A DNA stretch of 64,000 bases. It comes from Candidatus Latescibacterota bacterium (GTDB lineage Bacteria; Latescibacterota; UBA2968; UBA8231). The stretch covers positions 3,104,001 to 3,168,000 of the forward strand of contig OZ241889.1 of the NCBI GenBank assembly GCA_965203355.1. Reading direction: 5' to 3'. The notes beneath the pieces are model-generated. The model searched no databases, was not told the DNA's origin, and saw only the letters and a list, made by a program, of their open reading frames with translations. The position numbers and the translations under genes were made by a program. Below, piece after piece: positions 46,523 to 56,956 of this stretch (positions are counted from its first letter, which is position 1; each line of letters starts with the position of its first letter).

Positions 46523-48907
46523 CTAGCGCACCAGCAGCAACTTGCGCGTCTGCCGCTCGCGGCCAGCCCGTAGCTGGTACAAATACAATCCCGAAGCAAG
46601 CGGACGTCCCTGCCCGTCGCGGCCATCCCAATGCAGCACGTGCCGGCCAGCCGGCCGCTGGCCACCAACCAGCGTCGCTACGTGCTGCCCGGTGAGCGTA
46701 TAGACTTTCAGTTCGACCTCTTGGGCGCGGTCGAGCGCATAGCGGATCGCGGTCTGGCCGTTGAACGGATTGGGGAAATTCTGCTCCAAACCGAAGGGCT
46801 GCGGCCTCGCGTCTTCACGCGCCTCGCGGACGGCGGTGGGCGCGGCAAACTCCGTGCGCACCAGCCGCAGATCGTCAATGTAAAAGTGCCCTTCGACATT
46901 GGCGGCAAAGCGCACGGTCTCTATCGGCTGGTCGAGATTGCCGAACGCGCTTAAGGGAATTTCTAGCACCTGCCATTCCTTGCGCCCCAAATCCAACTCA
47001 CCCGCTCCTTCGCCCAAAAGCACGACCCGCCGGAAGCCACCGCTCGCCAACACCACCTCGACCACATCGCCTTCGGCCGGCACCACATCGCCGGGATGGA
47101 TCGCCAGCCGCAGCGCCCGATAGCCCACCGTCTCGATAGGCGTTGGCGGTGCCAGGTCTAACTGCCAAGGCAACAGCCGCGTCAGGGGGGCGGCGGTCAG
47201 CACGCCGGCCATCGTGCCGGTAAAAACCGGGCCGCTTCCGTCAAAGTCAAAGCGATCCAAACCCAAACCGGCCTTGGCGGTCCAGCCCGCAGCCAACTCG
47301 TCATCCGCGATCGTCAAATCCTCAGCCGGCAGCACTACCAACGTGTGCATGAGCGCGATTTCAAACGGACCTTCCCCGGTATTTTGCACCACCTTCACCG
47401 CGATCGGCTTGCGGCCGTTGGCCTGTGCGCCCGCCAAGGTAGCCGCCAGCCGATAGCGTCCGTCGCCCAAGTCCGCAAGCGGCGTTTCGGCCTCGCCGCC
47501 CAAGGCACTCAGATCCGCGGTTACCACCGGCGGCGGCGCTCCCCGGTCAAAGCGCGTCAGCGCAATCGCCGCCGACAAGTCGAGGGCCTGACCAGCCAAG
47601 ACCGTATCCGGTGGCTCAACCTCCCACTGCCCCATCAACGGCCCCATCCGCACCCGAAAAACCGCTTGGGTCGCGTGATCGCTGGAAACGTAGAGTGCCC
47701 CTTGGGCATCGCTTGCCAAGCCCACCGGCTTGCCCCAAACCCGGTTGCTACTCGGATTGGGACGAAAGCCGGTGAGAAAATCGGCTACTTGGGCCTTTTG
47801 CCCGTCTGGATCGCTAAAAACCACCATCACCTTATAGCCTAAATCGTTGCCCCGCACACCAGCGCGCAGCGCGACAAAGGCTTGGTTGTGGTATTCGGCG
47901 GGAAATTGATCGCCGGTATAAAAGTGGATCGCCATCGGCGCCGTGTGAGCCGCGACCGTGGCAACCGGCCTCGCCATCCGCTCAACGTCAAGCGTATCCT
48001 CGCGCGTAAAAGGCGCGATCGAGCGAAAGTACTCGCCAATCTCAAAGTCAACCCACGCCTGATAGCCGTGCGCCAGCGGCCAGCCGTAGAATCCACCCTC
48101 GCGCACGATGACAATGGTCTCAGGAGGTACGTCGCGCCCATTGGGAAAGCGGTCGCGGTCGTGGCCGTTGTTGGTCGCCCACAATGCGCCGGTAAGCGGA
48201 TGCAGCGCCAAACCTATGGCATTGCGCAAGCCGCGGGCAAAAATGCGCCGTCCCATGCCGTCGAGGTTAAAGGCCAGTATAGTGGCGCGCTCGGGATCGC
48301 GCTCGCGGCACAAATCGCAGGAGGATCCTTGATGCACGTATATGCGCTCGTTGGCCGCGTCGAAGACGATGGTGTGCGTAACGTGCTCTGCGCCGCCTAA
48401 ACCGGGGATCCACGTCGCCAGATCCGGGATAAAGACCGCGCGCTCTTCGTAAAAGCCGTCGCCATCGCCGTCCCTGAAGCGCACGACCTCATCGGTATCG
48501 GCCACGTACATGGCCCCCTGATAAAAGGCCACGCTATTGGGCCACAGCAGATCGTCGGCCACCGTCCGCACTTCGTCGGCCCGCCCATCCCGGTCGCGGT
48601 CGGGCAACGCCACAACGCGCCCGGTGCGATTGGGATCGGCCCTCCACTCGCTATTGCCTCGGGTGCCCATGACCGCCACGTGCAACACGCTGTCTGGACT
48701 CCACGCCATCAGCCGCGCCTTGCCGAGATCCTCGGCGAACAATTCGACGACAAAACCGGGCGGGACGTTTAAGGTCCGACTCTCCAGCCCTGCTACCGGG
48801 ACCGGCTGGAGGTGGAGGTCGATTTTTGGCGTCAGATAGACTTCGCCGGGTGCTTGGGCATAGACGCTGCTGACGAAGAGGCCAAGGGCAACAAGCAAAC
48901 GCATCAT
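46523..48907 (-). CDS. Glucose/sorbosone dehydrogenase-like beta-propeller protein with carbohydrate-binding-like domain and FlgD-Ig/T9SS-like CTD
   Basis: VPPGFVVELFA, GSSCDLCRE, ARGLRNAIG, GGFYGWP, AHTAPM, GKPVG; NFPNPFN...RKLLLVR. Confidence 0.85.
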   Translation of the reverse strand: MMRLLVALGLFVSSVYAQAPGEVYLTPKIDLHLQPVPVAGLESRTLNVPPGFVVELFAEDLGKARLMAWSPDSVLHVAVMGTRGNSEWRADPNRTGRVVALPDRDRDGRADEVRTVADDLLWPNSVAFYQGAMYVADTDEVVRFRDGDGDGFYEERAVFIPDLATWIPGLGGAEHVTHTIVFDAANERIYVHQGSSCDLCRERDPERATILAFNLDGMGRRIFARGLRNAIGLALHPLTGALWATNNGHDRDRFPNGRDVPPETIVIVREGGFYGWPLAHGYQAWVDFEIGEYFRSIAPFTREDTLDVERMARPVATVAAHTAPMAIHFYTGDQFPAEYHNQAFVALRAGVRGNDLGYKVMVVFSDPDGQKAQVADFLTGFRPNPSSNRVWGKPVGLASDAQGALYVSSDHATQAVFRVRMGPLMGQWEVEPPDTVLAGQALDLSAAIALTRFDRGAPPPVVTADLSALGGEAETPLADLGDGRYRLAATLAGAQANGRKPIAVKVVQNTGEGPFEIALMHTLVVLPAEDLTIADDELAAGWTAKAGLGLDRFDFDGSGPVFTGTMAGVLTAAPLTRLLPWQLDLAPPTPIETVGYRALRLAIHPGDVVPAEGDVVEVVLASGGFRRVVLLGEGAGELDLGRKEWQVLEIPLSAFGNLDQPIETVRFAANVEGHFYIDDLRLVRTEFAAPTAVREAREDARPQPFGLEQNFPNPFNGQTAIRYALDRAQEVELKVYTLTGQHVATLVGGQRPAGRHVLHWDGRDGQGRPLASGLYLYQLRAGRERQTRKLLLVR

Positions 48908-49061
48908 GGGCAACCTTTCTGCAAGTGGCGTAAAAACCTGTCTCTAAAAACGCACTCGCCCCCCATAAGAGCAAAACGCGCCCGCCGTGCGTTCCCAACA
49001 GATAGCGCGTTCATCCACCGCGTCTTATTTTTCCGCGCACACCTCACCCGGAGAATTCATC

Positions 49062-50063
49062 ATGCGCATCGGCATCATGGGCGTCCACTACGGTCACATC
49101 GGCGGCATGATCCAATCCGCCTTACAGGCGGCAAACGGCCAAATCGTCGGCTTGGTTGAAGAAGACGACGCACTCGGCGCACGCTATTCATCCATCCCCC
49201 GCTTCGCCACCTTAGAAGACATGATCGACCGCGCCCAGCCCGAGCTAATCCTCGAGGGCTTGATCCACCACGAAAAAGCCGCGCTCGTAGAAACCTGCAC
49301 CCGCGCTGGCATTCACTTGCTGCTCGACAAACCCCTGTGCCACTCGTTGGACGACTGGGAGCGCATGCGCCGCGCCGTGGCCGCCAGCCCAATCCACGTA
49401 TCCATGTGGTTCACCTCGCGCAGCTATCCGCCGTTTGTCGCCTTGCGCCAAGCCATTCTCAGCGGCGCGCTCGGGACCATCGCCAGCCTCATCTCCACCC
49501 ACCCGCACAAAATCCGCCGCGCCACGGCTCCGGCTTGGTATTTCGACCGAGCGCAATACACGGGCGCGTTCCACGACCTCGCTTGCCACGGCGTCGATCA
49601 AATCCGCTGGCTCACCGGGGCCGAATGCGTCGGCGTCCACGCCCTCACCACCTGCAAGCGGTTCACGGCCAAGCCGCGCTTAGACGACCACGTGCAGGCT
49701 TCCTTTGAGTTGTCCGACGGCGCGTTGGCAACCCTCACCGCCGACTGGCTCACGCCCCAAGCCGCGCCCTCGTTTGGCGACACTCGCTTCATCGTCATGG
49801 GCACGACCGGCTCGGCGCATCTGCGCGCCTATGCCGACGATCACCTACTCATAGCCACCAACGAGCGCGGCCCGTACTCACCCGATTTGCCCGCAGACCG
49901 CAGCGGCTCGTTCGTCGCCAACCTGATTGACGCCATTGAACGCGGCACCGACCTCTTCATCCCCACCCACTCGGTGTTCGCCACAGCCCAAGCCTGCCTG
50001 CTGGCCCAAGAATCCGCCCGGCAAGGGGGCGCATTTCTCCGCATTCCGCCGTTTGCGCTATAA
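49062..50063 (+). CDS. Gfo/Idh/MocA family oxidoreductase
   Basis: MRIGIMG, LDKPL, DLACHGVD. GGAG RBS. Confidence 0.85.
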   Translation: MRIGIMGVHYGHIGGMIQSALQAANGQIVGLVEEDDALGARYSSIPRFATLEDMIDRAQPELILEGLIHHEKAALVETCTRAGIHLLLDKPLCHSLDDWERMRRAVAASPIHVSMWFTSRSYPPFVALRQAILSGALGTIASLISTHPHKIRRATAPAWYFDRAQYTGAFHDLACHGVDQIRWLTGAECVGVHALTTCKRFTAKPRLDDHVQASFELSDGALATLTADWLTPQAAPSFGDTRFIVMGTTGSAHLRAYADDHLLIATNERGPYSPDLPADRSGSFVANLIDAIERGTDLFIPTHSVFATAQACLLAQESARQGGAFLRIPPFAL

Positions 50064-50342
50064 GTGATAAATTTGGCACGGAGAACCTGCTGCAAGCCGA
50101 TCTTGGTCCATGGCGACACGCCCGCCAACATCGGCCCCGAGCCGAGCGTTGCCCTGACCGCGGGCGACTTGGACGGATTGGGCGGATGTTCCTCGGCAAA
50201 GATCAATCGGGGCTTGTCGTGGAATGGCCCGGTACTACCGACGACCGCGGATCGCGTTCTATCTATCCAAACCGCCAACGCAGCAAAATAGTGGAACTTT
50301 GGGACTGGCTTGTCGCCCTAGGCACTTTCCGGTTGCCCCCTT

Positions 50343-52292
50343 TCAGCGCACCAGCGTCATCTTCCCCGCCCGTATCGTTCCTGCCGCAATCATCCTATAC
50401 ACATACATGCCGCTGGCCGCGGCCCGGCCCTGCTCGTCCGTGCCGTCCCACTGCGCGGTGTGCCATCCGGCTGCGCGGACCTCATCAACCAAAGTCCGCA
50501 CGCGCTGACCGGCCATGTTATACACATCAATGAGCACCGCCCCAGCCGCTGGCACTGCATAGCCGATCGCGGTCGTCGCGTTAAACGGGTTGGGATAATT
50601 CGCGGCCAACGCCCAAGCGGCCGGCTGCGACGCTGCCTCGGCGAGCACGGCGGTCCGTTCCGGTCCCACAATCCGCAGTTCGTCAAACCAGAACTGGATT
50701 CCGTCTAAAGCGTGGTGCTCGGCCACGATGTCGAAGCGATCTATCTCCTGCCAATCGAACGCGCCCATCGGATCGAACCACTCATGCTCCCAAGCCCCGT
50801 GCTCGGCAAAGTCGCGCAAGGGGATGCGCACCGCGTGCCACCCACCATCCCACGGCACCACCTGCTCATCTATCGTATAGCGCACGCGCCAAGGGCGATC
50901 GGCCGGGTCGTCCGTATCCGTATCGACTAAGCGGATGTCAAACGACGATCCCGGCGTATCTCCCCGCACCCAAAACTCGACCGCATAGCCCATCGCAGCC
51001 AACGCCGACAAGTCCTTGAAAGGCTTGAAGTCGAAGCCAATGAACCCGTAGAGCGGCACCCCGGTCCATCGCATGCAGTAGCGGCCCACCGCTGGCGCCA
51101 CCTCGTCATAGTAATCGACCGTACCCGCACTGAGGTGGTTGGACGCGACCAAGTACAGGCCGAGAAAGTCGTCGTAGAGCACAAACCCCTGCTGGTCTGG
51201 CTCGGCGACAAAATCCCGTTGCGGCGGCACATTCAGCCCCAACGCCTCTAGCAACGGCACGTTCAGGTCAAAATCAAACAACTCGCTCGACCCGCGCTCG
51301 AACAGCCCAAAACCACCGCGATAGTCCCAAATGGTCCACGCGATGCCCCGGTCCTCCAAATGCTGCCGCACCACCTCGTACCACAAGACGCGGTCGCTGT
51401 TGGGGCTGTTCGGGCTGTACACCCCAAACTCCCCGCAAAATAGCGGCACCCTGCGCTCCTGCTGAAAGGCCGCCGCCTCGTCGATCCGTATGCGCACCTG
51501 CGTGATAGTGCCCTCTTGGCTGTACTTGCCCAGTGCCGTGCCGACCCACGTGCTCTGCAAGGGCGAGGGCAACGCCGGCATCCGCGCCCGCTCGTAGGGA
51601 AAGGGCACATCGCGCAGCGGGACTAGCGAGGGATTGGTCCAGCTAGCGCCTTGGTGGGTAAAGACAAACGGCTCGTAAAAATGAAAGGTGTATAGGAGGT
51701 TGTCATCGGCAAAAACTGGCATCCGGTTCAGGTTGCGAAAGCTGTTCCAGTTGGCCGGACCAACGACAATCGCGTGCTGCTGATCCACGTGCCGGATCGC
51801 GTCAATCACCTGCTGCTGAATCGCGTTCCAAGCCGCGTCGCTAATGCCGTGCGGCTCGTTGAGTATCTCGTAGTAGAGCGGGGCTGGATGCGCGGCAAAA
51901 TGCGCGGCGAGTTGGGTCCACACCGACACCAGCGCGTTGGCGATGCCTGGCGACGTGCTCTCCGCTGGATCAAACGTGTGGTTGTCCAAAATCAGATGCA
52001 GCCCTAACTCGTCGGCCCAATCCGCAATTGGATCGAGAAAGGCGTAGAGCAAGGGATCGATGCGATAGTCCGGCGGGCCGCTGGTCATGGCGTGTAAGTT
52101 GATCGGCAAGCGCACTACGTCGCAGCCGAGCTGTTGGATCTGCGCGAAATCGGTCCGGCCAAACTTGGCAAAATGCACGTGCTGCGCGCTGGACGCTTGC
52201 AGCCAATTGGTCATATTGACGCCCCGGCTAAACCGAGCCTCAGCACCCCACGCGGCGGAACACATCAATAAGAACACTGTTGATTTTAGCAT
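50343..52292 (-). CDS. GH5 glycoside hydrolase with CBM-like domain and FlgD-Ig/T9SS-like CTD
   Basis: RGVNM, VRLPI, ILDNH, YEILNEP (acid/base), FHFYEP, CGEFG (nucleophile), WTIWDY; NYPNPFN...KMTLVR. Confidence 0.9.
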   Translation of the reverse strand: MLKSTVFLLMCSAAWGAEARFSRGVNMTNWLQASSAQHVHFAKFGRTDFAQIQQLGCDVVRLPINLHAMTSGPPDYRIDPLLYAFLDPIADWADELGLHLILDNHTFDPAESTSPGIANALVSVWTQLAAHFAAHPAPLYYEILNEPHGISDAAWNAIQQQVIDAIRHVDQQHAIVVGPANWNSFRNLNRMPVFADDNLLYTFHFYEPFVFTHQGASWTNPSLVPLRDVPFPYERARMPALPSPLQSTWVGTALGKYSQEGTITQVRIRIDEAAAFQQERRVPLFCGEFGVYSPNSPNSDRVLWYEVVRQHLEDRGIAWTIWDYRGGFGLFERGSSELFDFDLNVPLLEALGLNVPPQRDFVAEPDQQGFVLYDDFLGLYLVASNHLSAGTVDYYDEVAPAVGRYCMRWTGVPLYGFIGFDFKPFKDLSALAAMGYAVEFWVRGDTPGSSFDIRLVDTDTDDPADRPWRVRYTIDEQVVPWDGGWHAVRIPLRDFAEHGAWEHEWFDPMGAFDWQEIDRFDIVAEHHALDGIQFWFDELRIVGPERTAVLAEAASQPAAWALAANYPNPFNATTAIGYAVPAAGAVLIDVYNMAGQRVRTLVDEVRAAGWHTAQWDGTDEQGRAAASGMYVYRMIAAGTIRAGKMTLVR

Positions 52293-52402
52293 GGCAGGAA
52301 GTTAGGCGTACCGCCGCTCCCAAACAACGCGCCCGGGCATGGTCCTTTCATGCTGCGCCTGAATTGCAAACCTACGCAGAGGCACTTTTCCCCTACGTTT
52401 TC

Positions 52403-53839
52403 TTAGGGCAACGCCACCTCGTCTCCAGTTTCCACCTGCCAAGCGCGAATCCGCTCCCTCAGTTCATCAACTCGCGCTTGCTGCGTGCGCTGGTGGTACA
52501 AATTCTCCAGTTCGTGCGGGTCCGCGTTCAGGTCGTATAGCTCGCCTTGGCCCTTGCCGTACAGGTTGAGCTTCCAGCCATCGGCCGCGACAACGGTGCG
52601 AAGGGGATGCACCAAGCTGCGGTTCGGCTCGGCTTCGCCGATCGAGGCCGGCGGATGGCCGTCGGCACCGCTCCACTCGACAAATATGTCATGGGCCGTC
52701 AAGTCCTCGCGACCGCACAGCACCGGCACCCGGCTCTGCCCCGGCAAATGGTCTGGCACGGCTATCCCCAGCAAGTCGAGCAGCGTGGGCACCAAGTCGA
52801 TATGACTGAACTGGCCGCTGATTCTCCGTGGCGGCGCGTCCAGCATGGGCGCACGCAGCAGCATCGGCACCTTGATCGACTCCTCGTACATCAGGGTCTT
52901 GCCCAAAATCCCGTGATCGCCCATGAGCTCGCCGTGATCCGATGTAAAAATCACAATAGTATCATCGGCCTTGCCGCTTTCGTCTAGCGCCTGAAGGATC
53001 GTAGCCACCGAGCGATCCACCAGCGTCACATTGCCCCAATAGCGAGCCATCAACCCGCGCCAGCCAGCCTCGGTCTGCAAGTCCAACCCGTAGTTTTCCG
53101 AGGCCGAGTAAAAAGCCGCCATCAGCCGCACAAGCAAGGGCGCGTCGTCGGGCGGAGGCTGCCGAAAGCTCGGCCCGGTCGGCAGCGTCTCCGGGGCGTA
53201 GTACTCGTTGAGCGGCCCAGTGTGCGGCGGATGCGGCTCCAGATAGCTGACGCACAGCGCAAACGGCGCCGCACCGCTCTGGCGAATGTACTCCGCAGCC
53301 TGATCGCCTAAAAACGCCGCCTTAGTGTATTCTTCCGGCATGGACGCTTCGGCGTGGCGCGAGAACACGCACTGGCCGAGGCTTTCCGCGTCGGGCGCAA
53401 ACCCCTGCTCGACCAAGAAGTGGTGATACGGGCTGAGCGCGTCCAGCCGCTCCGGCGTGGAATAGCAACCCCGATACGAGTCTTCGCTGCCGACCCACGT
53501 ATCAAACCCATGCTGGGGAAAAATCTCATCCCCCAAGTGCCATTTGCCCATAAAAGCCGTCTGATACGCCGGCGGCAGCATCTCGGCAAAAGTCGGCACC
53601 GCGGCCCGGAGCGGCACATTGCACGCCGGCACCCCAGCGGTGTGCGGCCATAGTCCGGTCAGCATGGTGGCCCGCGCCGGACTGCACACGGGCTGGCTCA
53701 CATAGGCGTTTTCAAAGACAAAGCCGGCCGCGGCCAGCCTGTCGAGGGCCGGGGTCTCGATCTGCTCGTTGCCGTAGCAGCGCAGCGTATCCACGCGCTG
53801 CTGATCGGTAAAGATGTAGAGTAGGTTGGGATGTTTCAT
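52403..53839 (-). CDS. Sulfatase
   Basis: PNLLYIFTDQ, CSPARATMLTG, GKWHLG, SDHG. Confidence 0.92.
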   Translation of the reverse strand: MKHPNLLYIFTDQQRVDTLRCYGNEQIETPALDRLAAAGFVFENAYVSQPVCSPARATMLTGLWPHTAGVPACNVPLRAAVPTFAEMLPPAYQTAFMGKWHLGDEIFPQHGFDTWVGSEDSYRGCYSTPERLDALSPYHHFLVEQGFAPDAESLGQCVFSRHAEASMPEEYTKAAFLGDQAAEYIRQSGAAPFALCVSYLEPHPPHTGPLNEYYAPETLPTGPSFRQPPPDDAPLLVRLMAAFYSASENYGLDLQTEAGWRGLMARYWGNVTLVDRSVATILQALDESGKADDTIVIFTSDHGELMGDHGILGKTLMYEESIKVPMLLRAPMLDAPPRRISGQFSHIDLVPTLLDLLGIAVPDHLPGQSRVPVLCGREDLTAHDIFVEWSGADGHPPASIGEAEPNRSLVHPLRTVVAADGWKLNLYGKGQGELYDLNADPHELENLYHQRTQQARVDELRERIRAWQVETGDEVALP

Positions 53840-54885
53840 GGGCGTCCCTCGCGGTTGGCACGCGAGCGCGGCGTCAGGTCAAAATAGGTCTGATGGCCAG
53901 CGAAAAAGCGCTCTAGTTCATCGACCATGAGGCGAAAAAAATGCGGGTATGCGTCGCCTGTGCGCCCGGAAAAGTGCGGGGTCAAAAATACGTTGGGCAG
54001 GTCGATGATCTCGCTGTCGGCCGGGATCGGCTCCGGGTCGAAGACATCAAAGCCCGCGGCAATGTCGCCTCGCTTGAGACGCTCGATCAGGGCCGCCGAG
54101 TCGAAGATCGGCCCGCGCGATACATTCACCAAAACCGCGCCCGCTGGAATGAGTTCCAACTCGCGCTGGCCAATCATACCTTCGGTCTGCGGCGTCAGCG
54201 GCGCGACGCAGACAATCGCATCGCACTGCGACAGCACGTTGTCCAGCGACGTCAGCAGAAAGCCCAACGCCTCGGCGAGTTCCGGCGACAAGTACGGATC
54301 GCAGACCCACATCTCGACCTCAAAGGGCCGCAACAGTTTCATCAGCCGCCGCCCCATGTGGCCGCCGCCGATCAAACCCACCCGCTTGCCGGTGAGCATT
54401 CCAGCCATCGGCTCAATGATGGACCGCTCGGTATCCTTGGCGAGGATGCGGCGGAAGAGCGCACCGGCATTGCGCATGGCAATCAGCATCAACGCCAAGG
54501 CCCATTCGGCCACCGGATAGGACGAGCCATTGGTCGTATCGACCGTGCGGATGCCCCTTGCCCACGCCGCGTCCAAATCGATCCGCGTGGCAAAGCGGTC
54601 GCCTTCGAGTTCGCCGATAAATCGCAAGCGAGGGGCGGCGTCCAAGATCGCCGCATCAACCCTCGGCGCACCGTGGCAGACCACGAGCGCATCTACGCCA
54701 GCCAGTTCCCTGGCCAACCGCGCCCGGGCCGCGGCGTCTTCGCTGGCTTGGTATATGTTGCCGCCCTCGCTGGCAAACCACGCCCAATCGGCAATCTGCG
54801 CTAGGCGCGTCAACTCGGCTGGCGGCAGATAGCCGTGGCGCACCCGCTCGCTACAGGCGATGAGTACGTGCGGACGATTTCCCAT
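53836..54885 (-). CDS. D-isomer-specific 2-hydroxyacid dehydrogenase family protein
   Basis: GLIGGGHMG, VNVSRG, DVFDPEP, LTPH. Confidence 0.9.
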   Translation of the reverse strand: MGNRPHVLIACSERVRHGYLPPAELTRLAQIADWAWFASEGGNIYQASEDAAARARLARELAGVDALVVCHGAPRVDAAILDAAPRLRFIGELEGDRFATRIDLDAAWARGIRTVDTTNGSSYPVAEWALALMLIAMRNAGALFRRILAKDTERSIIEPMAGMLTGKRVGLIGGGHMGRRLMKLLRPFEVEMWVCDPYLSPELAEALGFLLTSLDNVLSQCDAIVCVAPLTPQTEGMIGQRELELIPAGAVLVNVSRGPIFDSAALIERLKRGDIAAGFDVFDPEPIPADSEIIDLPNVFLTPHFSGRTGDAYPHFFRLMVDELERFFAGHQTYFDLTPRSRANREGRP

Positions 54886-54972
54886 TGATTCCTCCCTGGA
54901 TGGATGACAGCGGTTGGCACCGCACCGCCCTAAATAGCATATTTATCCCCGCCCCACAACAGTGGAGATCTT

Positions 54973-55782
54973 ATGCTCGACCTCGAACCTGTTACACCGA
55001 AAACAAGTTTCGGCGTGCGAAGCGTTGCACCAGACGCCATCGACCGCGCCGCCGCCCTCTTTCACCGCGACGGTTTTGCCGTGGTCGCCGAGGCCCTGAC
55101 TGACGAACAATTTGCCTATCTCAAGCAAGGCGCGCACCGGGTCGTGGCCGAGCAGACCGCCGCCGTGCCGCTCGCTAAAGCCAATAGGGGCTTTGCGCGC
55201 TATTCTTTTGGCTCGCAGATCCACCATCCCGAGTGGGCCATGCTCGTGGACTTGCCGACCGTTTTACCCATCGTCGAAGCCATTTTTGCCAGCGATCAGT
55301 TCACGTGCAGCGGTGGTGGCGGCGATTATTCCCTGCCCGGCGCGAAAATCCAGCCACTACACCGCGACATGCCCGACCTGATCAACGACCCCGAACAGCG
55401 CGTCACCATCATGGACCTGCCCACGCCCTTTGTCGTGGTCAACTTTCCCATGATTGATTTTAGCGTGGAAAACGGAGCCACGCGCTTCATCCGCGGCACC
55501 CACCGCTCGCGCCATCCCATCCCCAGCCTCGCAGACGAACCCGCTTGGATGCAGCAATCGATCGCCTGTGTGCCGATTCGCTCAGCCCTCATTCGGGACG
55601 TGCGCTGCTGGCACGGCGGCACGGCCAACACATCCACAGCGGTGCGCATTATGACGAGCGTCGGCTATTACGCGCCTTGGTTTCGTCGGCCCAAAAAAGA
55701 TGGGGAAATGCCCCGCGCCCGGTACGACGCCCTTTCAGAGCGCGGCAAGACGCTGTGCCGTTATCTTGCGGCGTTAGATTAG
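54973..55782 (+). CDS. Phytanoyl-CoA dioxygenase (PhyH) family protein
   Basis: FHRDGF, QPLHRD (HxD), NGATRFIRGTH, WHGG.AN...R. Confidence 0.88.
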   Translation: MLDLEPVTPKTSFGVRSVAPDAIDRAAALFHRDGFAVVAEALTDEQFAYLKQGAHRVVAEQTAAVPLAKANRGFARYSFGSQIHHPEWAMLVDLPTVLPIVEAIFASDQFTCSGGGGDYSLPGAKIQPLHRDMPDLINDPEQRVTIMDLPTPFVVVNFPMIDFSVENGATRFIRGTHRSRHPIPSLADEPAWMQQSIACVPIRSALIRDVRCWHGGTANTSTAVRIMTSVGYYAPWFRRPKKDGEMPRARYDALSERGKTLCRYLAALD

Positions 55783-55943
55783 CCGGGAGCCGGCAATCCC
55801 GCGGCTGGCGTTCTCCCCACAAGCGACGCAGAGCCAGCGTATAGCGAGGCACATTCCTCGATCCAATCCGCGCTTGCCTCGCATACCCGGCCCTTGTTAT
55901 TGTAGAAACAACACACCCATCGCCCACCCATCGGAGGAAAACC

Positions 55944-56951
55944 ATGCCCGCGCTCACTCCCAGCCAACTCGACCACTTTGCCCGCGAAGGCTACGTCGTC
56001 GTCAAAGGCGTTCTCGATCCGGTCCATACCCTCGACCCGGTCATCGACGAATACGCCGCCGTCCTCGACCGCTTGGCCGACGCGCTCTACGCTCAAGGCG
56101 AAATCACCTCGCGTTACGAAGCACTCGATTTTGGCGACCGCTACATCCAAATTTGCGTTGAAACCGGCCGCGTCCACAGCCAGTACTTCGACTTCTCACT
56201 GCCCTTTCAAAACGTCCAGCCCGACACCCCCTTCTGGGCCGGACCAGCCGTCTTCCGCGCCTTTACCGACCCGAACCTGCTCGACGTCGTCGAGTCGCTG
56301 ATTGGCCCAGAAATCTACTCCAATCCCGTCCAACACGTGCGCATCAAGCCGCCCGAGCACTACCTGCCCAAGAACCAGTTCGGCAACGCCATCCTCGGCG
56401 CGACCCAATGGCATCAAGACCACGGCGTCGTCACCGAAGAAGCAGACGACACCCAGATGCTGACCGTGTGGTTCTCACTCCAAGACACCCCCATCGAAAA
56501 AGGTCCGCTGATGGTCGTGCCCGGCTCGCACCAAAGCGGATTGCTGCCGCACTGCCCGAACTACATGGACAACGCACCCCAGTTCGCGGGCGCGGCCCAA
56601 ATCCCGGAAAAACTCTTTGCGGCCGATCAGGCCATTCCCTTGCCGGTCGAGCGCGGCGACGTCATCTGCGTCCACAAGCAGACCGTCCATGGGTCCTATC
56701 CCAACGTCAGCGACGAGGTCCGCTGGAGCTTTGACCTGCGCTACAATCCCACCGACCAGCCCACCGGGCGCATCGCCTTCCCCGGGTTTATCGCCCGCAG
56801 CCGCCGCGAGCCAAACAGCGCACTGCGCGACCCGGCCGAGTGGCACCGACTGTGGCTGGAAGCACGCGCGAGCATGTCCACGCTCAACCAAGACGGCCAG
56901 ACTGACGTCCCCTTCCGCCGCGCCTCAATGGCGCATCCCCTGTGCGCCTAA
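55944..56951 (+). CDS. Phytanoyl-CoA dioxygenase (PhyH) family protein
   Basis: FAREGY, WHQD, GPLMVVPGSH, HGSYPN...RWSFDLRY. Confidence 0.9.
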   Translation: MPALTPSQLDHFAREGYVVVKGVLDPVHTLDPVIDEYAAVLDRLADALYAQGEITSRYEALDFGDRYIQICVETGRVHSQYFDFSLPFQNVQPDTPFWAGPAVFRAFTDPNLLDVVESLIGPEIYSNPVQHVRIKPPEHYLPKNQFGNAILGATQWHQDHGVVTEEADDTQMLTVWFSLQDTPIEKGPLMVVPGSHQSGLLPHCPNYMDNAPQFAGAAQIPEKLFAADQAIPLPVERGDVICVHKQTVHGSYPNVSDEVRWSFDLRYNPTDQPTGRIAFPGFIARSRREPNSALRDPAEWHRLWLEARASMSTLNQDGQTDVPFRRASMAHPLCA

Positions 56952-56956
56952 ACGCC

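Noticed and set aside
50073-50090. TTGGCACG sigma54-like -24 box
   Set aside because: No correctly spaced -12 TTGC, and no plausible downstream + strand gene.
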